Source of the DNA: Geosiphon pyriformis uo1
Taxonomy: Eukaryota; Fungi; Glomeromycota
DNA length: 64,000 nt
Direction: 5' to 3'
Assembly: GCA_016748015.1 (NCBI GenBank)
Contig: JAAOMT010000436.1
Coordinates: forward strand, 566,354-630,353
This document shows positions 12,801-25,565 of the stretch, one piece after another (position 1 is the stretch's first letter; every line of letters begins with the position of its first letter). Under the pieces are notes generated by a model. The model worked only from the letters and a program-made list of their open reading frames with translations. It did not search any database and was not told the DNA's origin. The position numbers were made by a program, and so were the translations under genes.

Positions 12801-14434
12801 TTTTAGCCAAGATCCAAACACTAATTTGGAAGACAAACAAAAGTTTAAAAGCACTAAAAGCATATCCAGAATTGACCTGTCACAATGTTTCCAAAGCTTG
12901 TTTGTAATACCTAAAAGACCAGCAGCTTTGCCATTAAGCAGATCAGAAATCACATTAAGCAGCTCATTAAGTTCAACTGAACACATTACACCAGAAAAGA
13001 CTTCATCAAAAACGTAATCCAATGGCCGATATTGATAAGACCAAACATCAGTGACATCAACAACCATATTACACTTCCTGGTCCAACCTTCTATAATAAT
13101 GTTTATCTTAGATTTAACTAAATTGGGCTTCAAAATAAGCTTGTTCTTTACAACCAGATGGTCCAAAACCACTTTGCGAAAAGAACACTCCAAAACACTC
13201 CTAATAGTATGATCTTTATTTATTTTGAAGCCTTTTATTCTCTTATTTATAGCAACTCTAATGTTTGTTTCCTTAGTTGCCAAAGATTCAGCAAGCTTGG
13301 ATGCATAATAAGACTTTTTCATACCAGAGAGAACAGAATAAACATGACTAGAGGTTGCACCAGAGTTAATGAAGTCCTAAATAACTGAGGCTTTGACACT
13401 GTCCAAAGAGTCCTAGCACTTTATAAGAGAGATGAAACTACCAACATTGCCCTCACAAGAGACTTTGACAATCTTCAAAACCAAAAACTCCAACCTATGA
13501 AACTTTGAAAAAACTTTGGTAAAAACACTATCAAAATCCTTGAACCATTTTTTTCTAAATATCTTATTTGCAGAAAGGACCACTATCCTGTGTAAAACAT
13601 CCCACATGGCATCCAGATCTGAGAACTTGACAGCAGTAGTGAATTTGTCAAAGAACATCTCAGCATTGGTCAATATAGCATTTCTAAAATTTTCCCACCT
13701 ATTGTCATCAGCACTCTTGAAATCAAACTTCCAACAATCCTTATTAGCCTGCTTACAAAGAGAGTTTAACTGCACATCCAAAAGTCCACTCAAATCTACT
13801 AACACAAAAACAGCTTGATGATTAGTATTAAAAAATTCACCAACATCATACACTACATGATCCACCACAGCATTAACTAAGTTTGCAGAAACAAACAAGA
13901 AATTAATAGTCTTAGCCATGCCCCGAGAGTTAGCCTATGTGGGCATTTTGACAAAAGAACTTCCACCCAAGGAATTGACCAAACCAAGATCTAAACACTT
14001 CTTAAAACTAGCACACCTTTGGAAGCTGTCCTTATTGAAGTCACCACCCAAAACCACAAATGAGGATTCATTAACTGCCTTTGCTATCACAGAATTAACA
14101 TTATTAGCCTGAGAAAAGCGAACAGCTAGGGATGCTCTAGTGTAAAGCCTCAAAATCAACACAGAAAGTTTATTTTTGAACAACAGCTTGACTGAAAGGA
14201 GCCAACCAGGCACCTCAGAAACCTTACAGACATGACAAACTAAAGAATTGTTCATAATGATTGCAATGCCAGCACCAAGAAACCCCTTATCTAATCCAGA
14301 TAAAAAAACTTTGATCCTATTGAACTTATCCTTAATCCAGAGCTTACAACTAAACTTTAGCTTTGTCTCAGTAATTATTGAAACCAAATTTCTAGAATCT
14401 CTATGTCAATGAATAATGTCTTCTTGCTTGGTGG
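9801..14434 (-). pseudogene. LINE L2 ORF2: APE endonuclease, RT (GAFVDDTIW), RNase H (VYTDGS...ELQAI...SDSQ...KVKDHSG...NEHAD), C-terminal CCHC finger (CLYCGDVEALDHVFFC)
   Basis: Motifs in ORFs 13935-14387, 13413-13919, 12765-13322, 12165-12482, 11424-12071, 10563-11333, 10275-10538 and 9801-10268; broken by premature stops. Confidence 0.92.
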
Positions 14435-15218
14435 TGTTACAGATAATTATTTGAGATCTTAAATCAAATAACAAATCTGTAACTTGATGCTCAATATCTT
14501 GACAATACTGGTTTTACTAGTATGTAAGTTGTATCTGAAGGTTTTTAGAGTTGAGTTCTTTGTATAATAGACAGAGATTTAATGATGATGTAGTTGGTTG
14601 GTAAGTTGTGTTCCCAATTTCTGTTTTCAGCTTGGTGGCCAGTTTATTCTGGCATTCATGCCCTTTTGGTAAACTATCTATTAATATATATATAATTTTA
14701 CTCTTATTTCTGGGTTTTTTACCAGGCTATCTGTGATGTCAATTACTCAGTATTTTAATCCTTAATCAGTTAGTATACAACAATAAAATTAAAGGAAGAA
14801 AGAAATAAAAAAAAATAAAGAAATGAGCCAAGACAATGTGCAAGTTAGAATCTTGTCAATAGCTGTAATCAAGAACTATTGTTCCAGCATGATTAAGTAT
14901 CAATTACTATCAATATAAAGTGTTGATAATAGAGAGTGAATTTGAATAGTAAATAATTTATTTATTTAATATTTGTTGATGGAAGATTTCTAACTAAAGG
15001 ATTCTGCTTTTTTCTACTTTTAACATTATCACTATATATACATAATTGATGTTCTATGAGATTGCTCACATTCCTGAGTGATGTGTTATAATTTCTTGAG
15101 CAATGTGCCATGATTTCTGACATTGCTTCATATTGCTGAACAATGTGCTCATGTGCTAAATACTATTCTCTTATTGGTCTACTATTTTTTTATATCTGTT
15201 TTTTTTTTATAAGTAACA
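14435..15218 (-). repeat. Gypsy-A 3' LTR (784 bp)
   Basis: tgttac...gtaaca; direct repeat of 23627-24510; PPT adjacent. Confidence 0.95.
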
Positions 15219-15231
15219 TTATCTCCTCTTT
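15219..15231 (-). promoter_or_regulatory. Polypurine tract of Gypsy-A (AAAGAGGAGATAA)
   Basis: Purine run directly before the 3' LTR on the coding strand. Confidence 0.85.
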
Positions 15232-15867
15232 TTAATATTGAGCTCCATCAAAATCTTTGTTTTGAATTAATTTTAATACTTCTTTTTCAAGTATTGTTTG
15301 TTCAACTCTGTTTTTCATGTCTTTTACTTGTGTATTGTTCATTTTTCCCCATTAGTTAATGGTTATAGTTTCTATGTCAAAGTGTAACAGTATTTCTGAA
15401 TAATTCTGAAATATGTTGTGTAGTCAATAAATTGTTCTCACATATAGTGTTGAGTTTGTCTTTTTTCCAATAAATTCTTCAATTTGCTGTATTATGTTTT
15501 GGTTAAATACTTTCTTGGATTTGTTGATATACAACTTTTGAATATTCAACTTTCGACCTAATTGGTAGTAACAGTATAATATTGGAAATTGTTCTGTTTA
15601 TTGCTTCCAATTTTCTTTTGTAAGTTTTTCTGTTGGTATCATATTAGATATTTTCCCAAAAGTGTTTTTTACTTTTTTTATTATATTATCTGACCAGTTT
15701 TTATTATTCTTTGGTAACTGCTGATATGGTGTATTCTTTGTCTTTCTTTTGATATTTTGATAGCAAATTGTTTGATTGTTAATGATAATTGTTATGTCTA
15801 AAGGTTGTTAACTTAAGGCCTGGAATAATTGTTGAGCTATAACATGAATATAATCTGGTATTTTCAT
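15232..15867 (-). pseudogene. Gypsy-A ORF3 (accessory ORF in the env position, ~211 aa, four premature stops, no frameshift)
   Basis: Hand translation from ATG 15867: MKIPDYIHVIAQQLFQALS*QPLDITI...EQFPILYCYYQLGRKLNIQKL...GKKTNSTLYVRTIY*LHNIFQ...WGKM. Homologous to Gypsy-B ORF3. Absent from the ORF track. Confidence 0.8.
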
Positions 15868-15985
15868 TTTTTTTTGGTTGTCTTTGTCATGTATACTGTG
15901 TCTTTATATATTCTTTTATTGTTTAATATTACATGTTTGGTCCAATGATTATTATTGGTTTCAGATCTCATAGAATCTTATCTGG

Positions 15986-18900
15986 TTAAACTAGTATTTG
16001 TTGTACTCCCAATTGTGGAATGTTATTGGTAGATAATGATGCTATTTGGTGATATGGTTTTAGTCAATCACTATGTGCTGCTTTAGCTAAGATTTTGTTG
16101 TTCCATCTTAGTTTATAAGCTCCATTTCCAAGAATTTTTTCTATGTAAAATAGTCCATCCCATTTGGAGTCAAATTTTCTATTCCATTGTTTTTCCACTT
16201 TGGTACAATGTAAAAGTACTTTGTCTCCAATCTTGAATTCAACTGGTTTATCTAGTAATTGATTATCATGTCATTCTTTTTGCTTCTTTTGAGACTTTTG
16301 GATGTTATCAACTGCTTTTTGCTATTTATTTTCTAATGTTTCCATTAAGTCATATGTTTTTTTTAGCAATATTTCCTGAAAATTGTCTTCAGTTATTGGT
16401 TCTATTGGATAAGTGGTAACTTCCATCTCAATTGGTAATGTTGCTGTTTTACCATATACTAATTCAAATGGTGTTGCTTATGTAGTGTTTTGCTTCATTG
16501 TCTGATAAGCAAATAATACTAATGGTATGAACAAATTCCATTTGTCCTGATTTTCTTGACTGATCTTGGCGATTGCTTCACACAATGTTCTATTAAATTT
16601 CTCAACTAACTTATTTGTTTGTGAATGATATGGTGATAATAATAGTCTTTTAATTCCAAATCTTTGACTTAATTCTGCTAATATTCTGTTCACAAAGTGA
16701 GTTCCTTAATCTGATAATAGTTCTTTTGGACAACCATGTCAACAAATCAAATCTTGATAAACAAATTTGGCAATGGATTCTGCATCTGTTCTTTGAATGG
16801 CTTTTGCTTCTGGCCATTTAGTGAGATAATCTATGGCTACTGTGATATATCTGTTGTCTCTGCTGATAATTGTTAATGGTCTGACTAAATCAATTCCAAT
16901 GTGATCAAATAGTTGTCCCACTTTGATTGGTCTTAATGGTTCACTTGGTCTTGTTCCATCTCTTCTCTGACAAGTATCACAATTCTGAACATATTGGATG
17001 ATGTCTGGATACATTGATGGCCAATAGTATTTTTTTCTGGTTTTTTCTATGGTTGTTTCTTTATGGAAATGTCCTGCTGTTGGATTTGAGTACATGTTGA
17101 ATAGTATTGTTTCTTTTTTTGATTCTGTAATTACTCTGGTTGGTTGGTCTGGATTTCTTTTGTTTTTCTAATAAAGTATATTTTGATGATTGATGAAATA
17201 TTTTGATTGCTGTTTTATGTTGTTTTGTTTTTTTTGAGATAATTTCTCTTTGAATGATTGAGTATTTATATAATGCTGAAGTTGTTGGTATTTTTGTGTG
17301 TTCATCTTTTGTTATATTTTTGGGTTGAAATGTTATTAGATTTGTCTTATTCATGACAATCCATTAGCATTTCCATTGTCTTTTCTCTTTTATAATGTAC
17401 TGTATAATTAAATGGTAAAAGTTCTATTTTCTATCTGGCATGACAATTGTCTGCAAATTCTTGTTTCTGAATTGAAGTCAATCCTTTGTGATCAGTATGC
17501 ACTTCAAACTTTTGATTCAAGTATTCTTTCCACTTGATAACAACCCAATAGATAGCTAAGTGTTCTAGTGCTGGAGTTTCATAGTTCTTCTCAGCTGGAC
17601 TTAAACTTCTACTGGCATAAGCTACTGGATGCTCTCTTTCATCGGGTCTTTTCTGTGATAGTACTGTTTCCAATGCTTGACCTGATGCATCAGTAGTAAT
17701 GATAAATGATTTGTTGTGATCTGGATACATCAATACTGGAGCTTAGATAAGCTTTTTTCTCAATGTATCGAATGCTTCTTGTTGAGCTTCAGTCCATTCA
17801 TACTTTACATTCTTGGTTTGTAAATAGTGAAGTGGCTGAGCTAGTTTAGAAAAATCCTTGATGAAGTGGTAATAGTAGCCTGCAAATCCCAAAAATACTC
17901 TTAGTTTTGGCAAGTTGGCTGGTACTGGAAAGTTCTTAACTACTTTGATCTTGTCTGGATCTGTTTTGATTCCGTCTTTGCTTACCACATGTCCCAAAAA
18001 CTTGAGTTCAGTTTTTTCAAAGAAACATTTGGTTGCATTTAATTTCAATTCAGCTCTTCTTAACCTTTTGAATACTTGTTGGAGATAATACAGATGATCA
18101 TTAAATGTTTTTGAGAACACATTGGTGTCATCCAAGTATATGACTACTGATTTCCATAGTAGTCCAGTATAAACAATTTCCATAAGCCATTGGAATGTGG
18201 CTGGAGCATTCATCAAGCCAAATGGCATGACTTCAAACTCAAAATTTTCTTCTCTTGTGGTGAATGCTGTTTTTTTTTTGTTGGCTGGATCTATGGCTAC
18301 TTGCCAGTATTCACTATCTAGATCTAATGTTGAAAACCATTTATTTCCTCCAAAAGCATAGAATAGTTCTTGGATCTTGGGGATTGGATAACTATCTCCT
18401 TTGGTTACTCCATTCAGTTTCTGGTAATCTACACAAAAGCGGATTTTTCTATTTTTCTTATGAACTAATACTACTGGTGACAACTATGAACTCATTAATG
18501 GCTGAATTAGCCCGTTGTCAAGCATCCAGTTGATTTCTTGATAAATGATCTTATGGCTAGCTGGTGGTACTTTGTATGCTCTTTGTTTAATTGGCATTGC
18601 ATCACCAGTCTTGATCTAATGCTGGATGATGTTGGTTCAGCCAAATTCATTTTCACTAGCAAAAATGTTATTGAAATTGTTGAGTAACATCTTGAGTTGC
18701 ATCTGTTGAAGTGAATTTAGATTCCCCATGTTCATTTGTTTTAATTGTTCTGGTTAGAGCAGATAACATTTACTTCTTCCATAGATGGTTTGTGATGTAA
18801 TGTCCACATATCTGCAAAGCTGTGGAAAATTTGGAATGTGGTTTGGTAGTTGATCCTCAACTTTGGTGGTTAAATATCCAATGATGGTTCCCTTTGGTAT

Positions 18901-21900
18901 TTCAATGACTTTTCCAGTTGTGTTATAGATAGGAATTTTGATGTTTTTGGGGCTTTTGGCTGATATGTAAAGATTGGTGAGTCCAATCTCCTCTGATTTA
19001 CAAATGATGGCTTCTGCTTCAAATAATTGAGCTTGATTCTTTACTTTTTTTTTTATAGCTAACATATACTGGTCATATAGTGGAATAGAAATTGATTGAT
19101 GAGTTGAGATAATTTCTCTTTTGTCAACAATTTTTTCCTTTGCCATATTAATTGGTATGTCTATTCTACCCATTAATCCAAATCCCTGTATCTTTCTTGC
19201 AGTTATACTTAGTTCTTTCCTTTTTCTCACTGAAACTAACTGAGCTATTTTCACCAGAGATAAGAATATTGTCTGTACTATCTTTTCATTTGGTTCTATA
19301 ATATAGGCCTTTTCTGAATCATTTTGTAGCATGATAATGATATTTTCTATATATCTCGCATCAATTATTCCTCCTTTGATGTTGATTCCTTTTTTCATTA
19401 AACTACTTCTAGATGCTAGTTAAACTATAGTTGTTGTTGGAATTTCCAGAGCTATTTTGAGATCAATACATGTGTATGAATTTGGTTCCAATTTGATGAC
19501 TTCTTTTCCCAGATATCTCAAATCAAACTCTGTATTGGTATCATGTGTGCATTCTGGTATAATACTTTCATTATTATTACTATACCATTTGAGTTCTTGC
19601 TCCTTAGAGAGATCAGAAAGTGCAATGTATATTTTGGAGTTTGAATCAGAGTCTAAATTGTTGATATTTTTGTTGCCATATTGTGCAGAGCTAAAACTAA
19701 TGTTTTTGTTGTTATTGTTATCAGAGTTTGAATCGGGATTGAAAACTGATTCTAATTCTAATACACAGCTGTTGATTAATTCTTCTTCTGGGATCGTGTA
19801 GATCATGTGTGATAGTAGATTGTAAATTAAATCACACTTATTACAATTTTAAAAGTCACAGGGAATTAAGCAATATTGACATAACCGAGTATTCAACTGC
19901 ACTAACCACTGCTCTTGTTTTTCCCTGGTAGGTGCTAGCTCTTGATAATGTTCGTAGAATTGTTCTGGATCTAAGAGATTTATGACTGGTTTTGGGTCTC
20001 AGTCAAGTTCTATAGGTTCAGGTGGGTTATTTTTAATTGTTTTTATTTCTTTTGGAGTCACTCCTTCGATTTTGGTAAGTGCCATTTGCCAAATTTTGTC
20101 ATTGTCATGTGGGCACCTGTTCAAACATTTGATGGCTTGTCTTCAGGCAGTGTTTATGGGCATTTTTTTTCTCACCCAGTTGTTTATAAAAATTGTGTAT
20201 TGACACAATTTGTTGTATGTTTTTCTTCGCCCAAGAATGTTATTCCACATTCCTTTGTTCAGAAAAGTTTTCCACAAGCCAAGCATGGTTCATTGTTCTA
20301 TTTCCCAATCCGTTTTGGCCTTTCAAAGCATTCAATAATGCATGGGTGACAGTAGAATTTCATTGTCAAAGTGTACTCCTTATCGTTGCCACAACAAGCA
20401 CCTATTGATGACAATTTCTTGTCACAATTGATGCATACCAGTTTTGGGCAGCAATAAGTGGATTGGTGGGGTGTAGTGTAGGAATTATAAGTGGGTTTGC
20501 TGTCAGTTGTTGGTTCTTCTTCCTTCCTCTTTCCTTTTCCCTTTTTGTCTTCTTTCTATTTCCAATTTATTTGTTTTTCCTAGTCATTGTCAGTTTTCCA
20601 GGCTTGGTTGGCTTTCCAGGTAAGTTCTTTGCTTTGCTTTCCTTTGCTGTTGTCATCCCACAAAGGTACTGACAGCAGCTTGTTGTGTTCTGTGTTGGTC
20701 CAGAAAACTTGGTAAGCTTCCCAGGTAGGTTTCTTCTCTTCTTTCTCGAATTCAATAAGTGGTGCTGTCAAGTTAATGGATTTAAAATGGCTGTATGTGG
20801 CTGGTATGCATGTGTGTCAACTGTTTTGGCTCAGTTGGAGCTTCTGCATTATCCAGTCCAGTATGGCATTGGTTTTAGATAACCAATTATTCCTTACTAA
20901 TGCCTAATATTGGGTTGCTTCCATCACTAGGACTTTGATGAAAATGATGATGCCATTGACTTTAAAAAAGAAGTTATCAATCTCACCAATAGGAGTTTTG
21001 GTTGCTCCATTGGCAGTTATGATCCTGGTGCTGGCAGTGCAATCAACTCAGCAACTTAATTGGTTCATGAGTTGTTTTGTAATGATGCTGTCAGCTGATC
21101 CACTATTTAAGATCAGTTTAATGGAGTGGCCATCAACTTTGACATTAGTATACATGGCGGTGATTGGTTTGGTGTTAAGAACAGTTCCACTGAATAATAG
21201 AACTGGTGTGGTTTCCTTGAGTTTGAATGGAAAGATGGTGTTCAGTGTTTTGTTCTCAGTAATAGTAGCTAGGAGAATATTGCTGGTAAGTGTTGATTGT
21301 TGTTTGGTTTCCAAATTATTGGGTTGGGCATCTTCTGGGGTAACCAGAATACTTAAATAGTTCTGGGCATTTGAATTCTGGGCATATCCGGTGTCCAAAT
21401 TCTATTGTTAAGATCCTGCTGGTTGTGTGGAAGAACTGAGGATCAGTTGGTGGACTATTATCAACAATTTCCAGCTTTGTTGAGTCAATTTCGGTCTTTG
21501 AGTTCTATTTTAAGGTAAGTTCTGGGGTGGTGTTGGAATTTGTTGGGGCTGATAAATTACCTGCAGCTGATAAATGGATTGTGTTTATAGCTAATAAATT
21601 GTCGGTGTTGTCAGTTGATAAATTGGCACTTGATATACTGGTGGTTGATAAATTGGCTGCTGTGTCATAGATATGTAATTCTGATGGTGTGGCTTTGAGT
21701 TTGGTAGATTATTTGGAATTCAAAACTGGTGATCAAGATTTTGATATTGATTTCTCAATCATTGGTTATTTAAACAATGGCAGCAATTAATTTGTAGATG
21801 TCCTTGTTTACCACAATAGTGACAAACACCCATTTCCTGTTGTCACTGTTGATTGGTTGATGATGATAGACATGACTGATTCTGGAAACAATTTATGTTT

Positions 21901-23563
21901 CCAGAATTATTGCATCATTGTGCTGGTTGATAAATTACACAATTGTCAGCTAAGTATCCCTCTAATTTCTGATTGATGGAATCACTAAATTGTTTCAATT
22001 TGGAATCCAATTCAGATAATCTATTCATTACTAGATTAATGGCTTAACATGGTTGGCTTCTAATTCAGCAGCTTCAAAATCTCTGGCATTTGTGATGACT
22101 GCTTGCAGATTGACAAAATACATTGGACATATGCATTGCAGGATGCTACTGTGTAATCTGTAAATAAACTGATTTAGGATCTGGGCTACTGTGAAGTAAT
22201 TGGCATCAATGGTTTGGATTTGGTGCAGATTCCTGTAGAAGTGTCCTAAGTAAATAGTGACTGCTTCATTTTCTCTTTGTTTGATGATAGTGAAAGTGTT
22301 TATTAGCCTATTAATACTGTTATTATTGCTGAAATATCTTAAGAACTCAATTTTGAATGCATTGAAATCTTGGAGTTTGTTGACTAGGCTTTAATATTAT
22401 GAATTAGTGGTATTCTGAAGAAAATATAAAATGGCTTGTATTGCTCTGGTGTTATTCCATCCATTAGCTGCTATGGCTTTTTCTACATTGTTAAGCCATA
22501 CTTGGGCATTATTCTTTTCGCTGGTGAATTTTTCGAGTTTTGCTATTGGAGCGTAGGCTATTGGATCCAAGTTTGGTTGTTGAAGTTGTTGTTGCAGCTA
22601 TAAAAGTGGCTGCTATGGTAGTTGAAGTGGTTGAAGTGGCTGTTGTTGCTGTTTGTCAATTGGTGGAGCTGAGGTTGGATTGATCACAATTACTGGAGGT
22701 AAGTGTTGTTGATTATTAATGTTGGGGTTTTGATCATTCTGATTGTGCTGTGTTTGAAAATTTGGAGTTTCAATTTCTGGATTTTCTAAATTTAGATTTT
22801 TCTGAGTCTAAAAGTTCGGGGTTTCAATTTTCTGATTTTCAGTGATCAGGTTCTGGTAAGTAAATTCTTGATCTTCAGATTCTTCTTTCTCTTTTTTTTG
22901 GTCTTCTTCTGATTTTGTTACTTCTCAGGAACTTGTGGTTCTGAAATCTGGTTGGAATAGCAGAAATCGGAGCCCTGATGGCATAGACAATCAAAACTTA
23001 AATCCTTTGAAATATGCACCATATAGTCTTAGAAGATCTTCTTTCTTTTGTTTACTCTGAAATGGAAATTGTCCAAAGGTTGATGTCATGTTTAATGTGA
23101 ACACACCTGTTAATGTAATATTGATGGCACTTCTGGGTGTATAATGGTATAATGGATTAGTTGGTGATTTAACTCTTGTTTTCTTCCAAGTAGATGGTTA
23201 TATCCTTTGAGATGTTATTGTTGGTGTTTGTAATTTTCTTTTGTCTTTGTTTGCATAGGTAATTGGATATCTTTGTTGAGTGTGAATTTCAATTTCCTTA
23301 TTGATTTCAGTGAGGATTGCTGTGAAATTATAATTTGTTGGTAAGCTGGTATTTTGGATTAATTTGTTGTAGAAGTTTCCTTTAGCTGAGTTGGTTTCTA
23401 CTAGTACTCCTAGTAAATATGAGATTTTCTTGTGAATGTAGAAATTAAAAGCTGATTCTGCTGATAAGTAATTGTCAGTTAATCTTAAATGTTGACAGTA
23501 ATGTTGAAATAAAGATTTCGCAAATTCTAAATGGTTTGTCCCTGTTTCTTTGGATTCTGTCAT
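15986..23563 (-). pseudogene. Gypsy-A gag-pol polyprotein (gag, CCHC knuckle, aspartic protease, Cys-rich domain, dUTPase, RT, RNase H, integrase)
   Basis: Knuckle VCHYCGKQGHLQINC (~21790-21835); PR ILNSGSADSII (21048-21398); RT RFCVDY...MPFGLMNAPATF...YLDD (17743-18483); RH ITTDASG...YASRSL (17431-17733); IN GHF...YYWP...CDTCQ, DYLTKWPEA (16739-17095); GPY/F-like WDGLFYIEKILGNGAYKL. Confidence 0.93.
19168..19593 (-). pseudogene. dut: dUTPase domain within Gypsy-A Pol
   Basis: Degenerate motifs I-V: EFDL, ASRSSL, GGIIDARY, EKIVQ, RKIQGFGLMG. Confidence 0.88.
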
Positions 23564-23608
23564 TGTTTAAATGGGTGTTATTAGTGCTGATTCTCTGTAG
23601 GATTATAT

Positions 23609-23626
23609 TTCACAGGGAGCACCAAA
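23609..23626 (-). promoter_or_regulatory. Primer-binding site TTTGGTGCTCCCTGTGAA
   Basis: TGG-containing tract 2 nt after the 5' LTR, complementary to a tRNA ending ...GGAGCACCA (elongator Met or Ile-UAU type; identity uncertain). Confidence 0.8.
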
Positions 23627-24510
23627 TGTTACAAATGATTATTTGGGGTCTCAAATCAAATAACAAATCCATAACTTGATGCTCAATATCTTGACAATGC
23701 TGGTTTCACTGGTATTTGGATTGTATCTGAAGGTTTTTAGAGTTAAGTCCTTTGTATAATAAACAGAGATTTAATGATGATGTAGTTGGTTGGTGAGTTG
23801 TGTTCCCAATTTCTGTTTTCAGCTTGGTGGCCAGTTTATTTTGGCATTTGTGCCCTTCTGGTAAGCTATCTGTTAATATATATATAATTTTACCCTTATT
23901 TCTGGGTCTTTTATCAGACTATTCATGATGTCAATTACTCAGCGCTTTAATCTTTAATTAGTTAGTATACAACAATAAAATCAAAAGAAGAAAGAAATAA
24001 AAGAAAATAAAGAAATGAGCCAAGGTGATATGCAAGTTAGTATCTCATTAATAGCTGTGATCAAAAGTTATTGTTCTAGCATGGTTAAGTATTAATTACT
24101 ATTAACATAAAGTGTTAATAGTAAAGAGTAGATTTGGATGGTAAATGATTTATTTATTTAATATTTGTTGATGGAAGATTTCTAACTAAAAGATTCTGTC
24201 TTTTTCTACTTTTAACATTACCACTATATATACATAATTGATGTTCTATGAAATTGCTCACATTCCCGAGTGATATGTTATGATTTCTTAAGCAATGCTC
24301 ACATTGCTGAACAATGTGCCCTAATTTTCTAATATTGCTCCATATTGCTGAGCAATGTGCTGTGTTTTCTGACATTGCTCCACATTGTTGAGCAATGTGC
24401 CATGATTTCTGATATTGCTCCATATTGCTAAGGAATATGCTCATGTGCTAAATACTATTTTCTTATTGGTCTACTATTTTTTTATATCTGTTTTCTTTTT
24501 ATGAGTAACA
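23627..24510 (-). repeat. Gypsy-A 5' LTR (884 bp) with an expanded 40-bp palindromic tandem array at ~24295-24440
   Basis: tgttac...gtaaca; 100 bp longer than the 3' LTR because of extra repeat units. Confidence 0.95.
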
Positions 24511-25565
24511 GCGGAAACATTGATACCATGAACATTACACATCACAAATTTTCAAACAAAATCACTCATTGGGGAGAAAGAGAAGTAGACAATCCCAAAA
24601 CAGAGCACAAATAATCCAATCTTTCCAAGACAAATTCAACTGACACCTCTAAAGCCACCATCTTGGATTCTAATTTACCCATCTTGGTGGTTAAAACTTT
24701 AGAACTACTTGAACTAAGATTAGCAACTGAGTCTGTAATAACAACTGAAAGAGAGAAAAAAGAAGACGCCAGTGTTCTATCTAAAGCCATTTCTAAGTCC
24801 AAATTAGACACTACAGGTGCAAAGACAACCAGAGGAGGGACATGAAAATTGGATGCCAAAAGTACTAATTCCATAAAGCTCAATTTCGTTATAATAGCCA
24901 AAACCTGGTCTGTCAAAAGCTCCAAAGAGCATTCTAGAGAAACCAATTAATCAACCAAGCAGGAATTACCAAGAGAGTTAGAAACCAGCAAGCCAGATTT
25001 AGCACCTGAAAATGAACCAGTACAAAAAGGACCTGACAAAACCACACAAAAAGAATAACTGCTAGCAATCTGTGTCCAAGTCTTTCCACCAAAAGAAACT
25101 GGACAAACAATTGGTGCCTGTTTCTTCTTATATATGTTGGCCAAACAGACCTGATCCTGAGAAATTACCATCTGCTTACCACAAGCACCAGAATTCTCAC
25201 TCAATGAACACACTGTAGAGATATGACCCAATTGTTTACACTTGGTACAACAAGCCAGAGAAAAACCAGCCCAGCACAAATTTACATCTTTATAAACTGG
25301 AATAGAATTAATAGCAGCCAATTTGGATGTTTCATTTTTAAAACAGACCCCTGCATATCTGTTACATACATAAGAACTAGAATTGTGACCAATAAAACAG
25401 GTCTTTTCACCATATGATTCAAGTAAACCAGACAAATCATGAGCAGTGGTACCAATTGGTAAAGTATAGAGCAAACTCCTATGCTGATCCCTAAATATTC
25501 AAAATTGTTTATCTTCAATTGTCAAGACAACTCACACAGAATTCTTTCCCACAAAAACTGACCAT

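Larger units (their letters stand above)
14435..24510 (-). mobile_element. Ty3/Gypsy LTR retrotransposon family A, full length (~10.1 kb)
   Basis: TG...CA LTRs at 14435-15218 and 23627-24510; 4-bp TSD gtgg/gcgg (14431-14434, 24511-24514); PBS and PPT; domain order gag-PR-dUTPase-RT-RH-IN. Confidence 0.96.

Noticed and set aside
15986-16200. Chromodomain at the integrase C-terminus (also 27345-27600)
   Set aside because: Only the GPY/F-like module and a short tail are present; there is no chromodomain aromatic pattern.
24295-24440. Palindromic periodic repeats resembling a CRISPR array
   Set aside because: The units are head to tail with no unique spacers, lie inside an LTR, and have no cas genes nearby; the context is eukaryotic.
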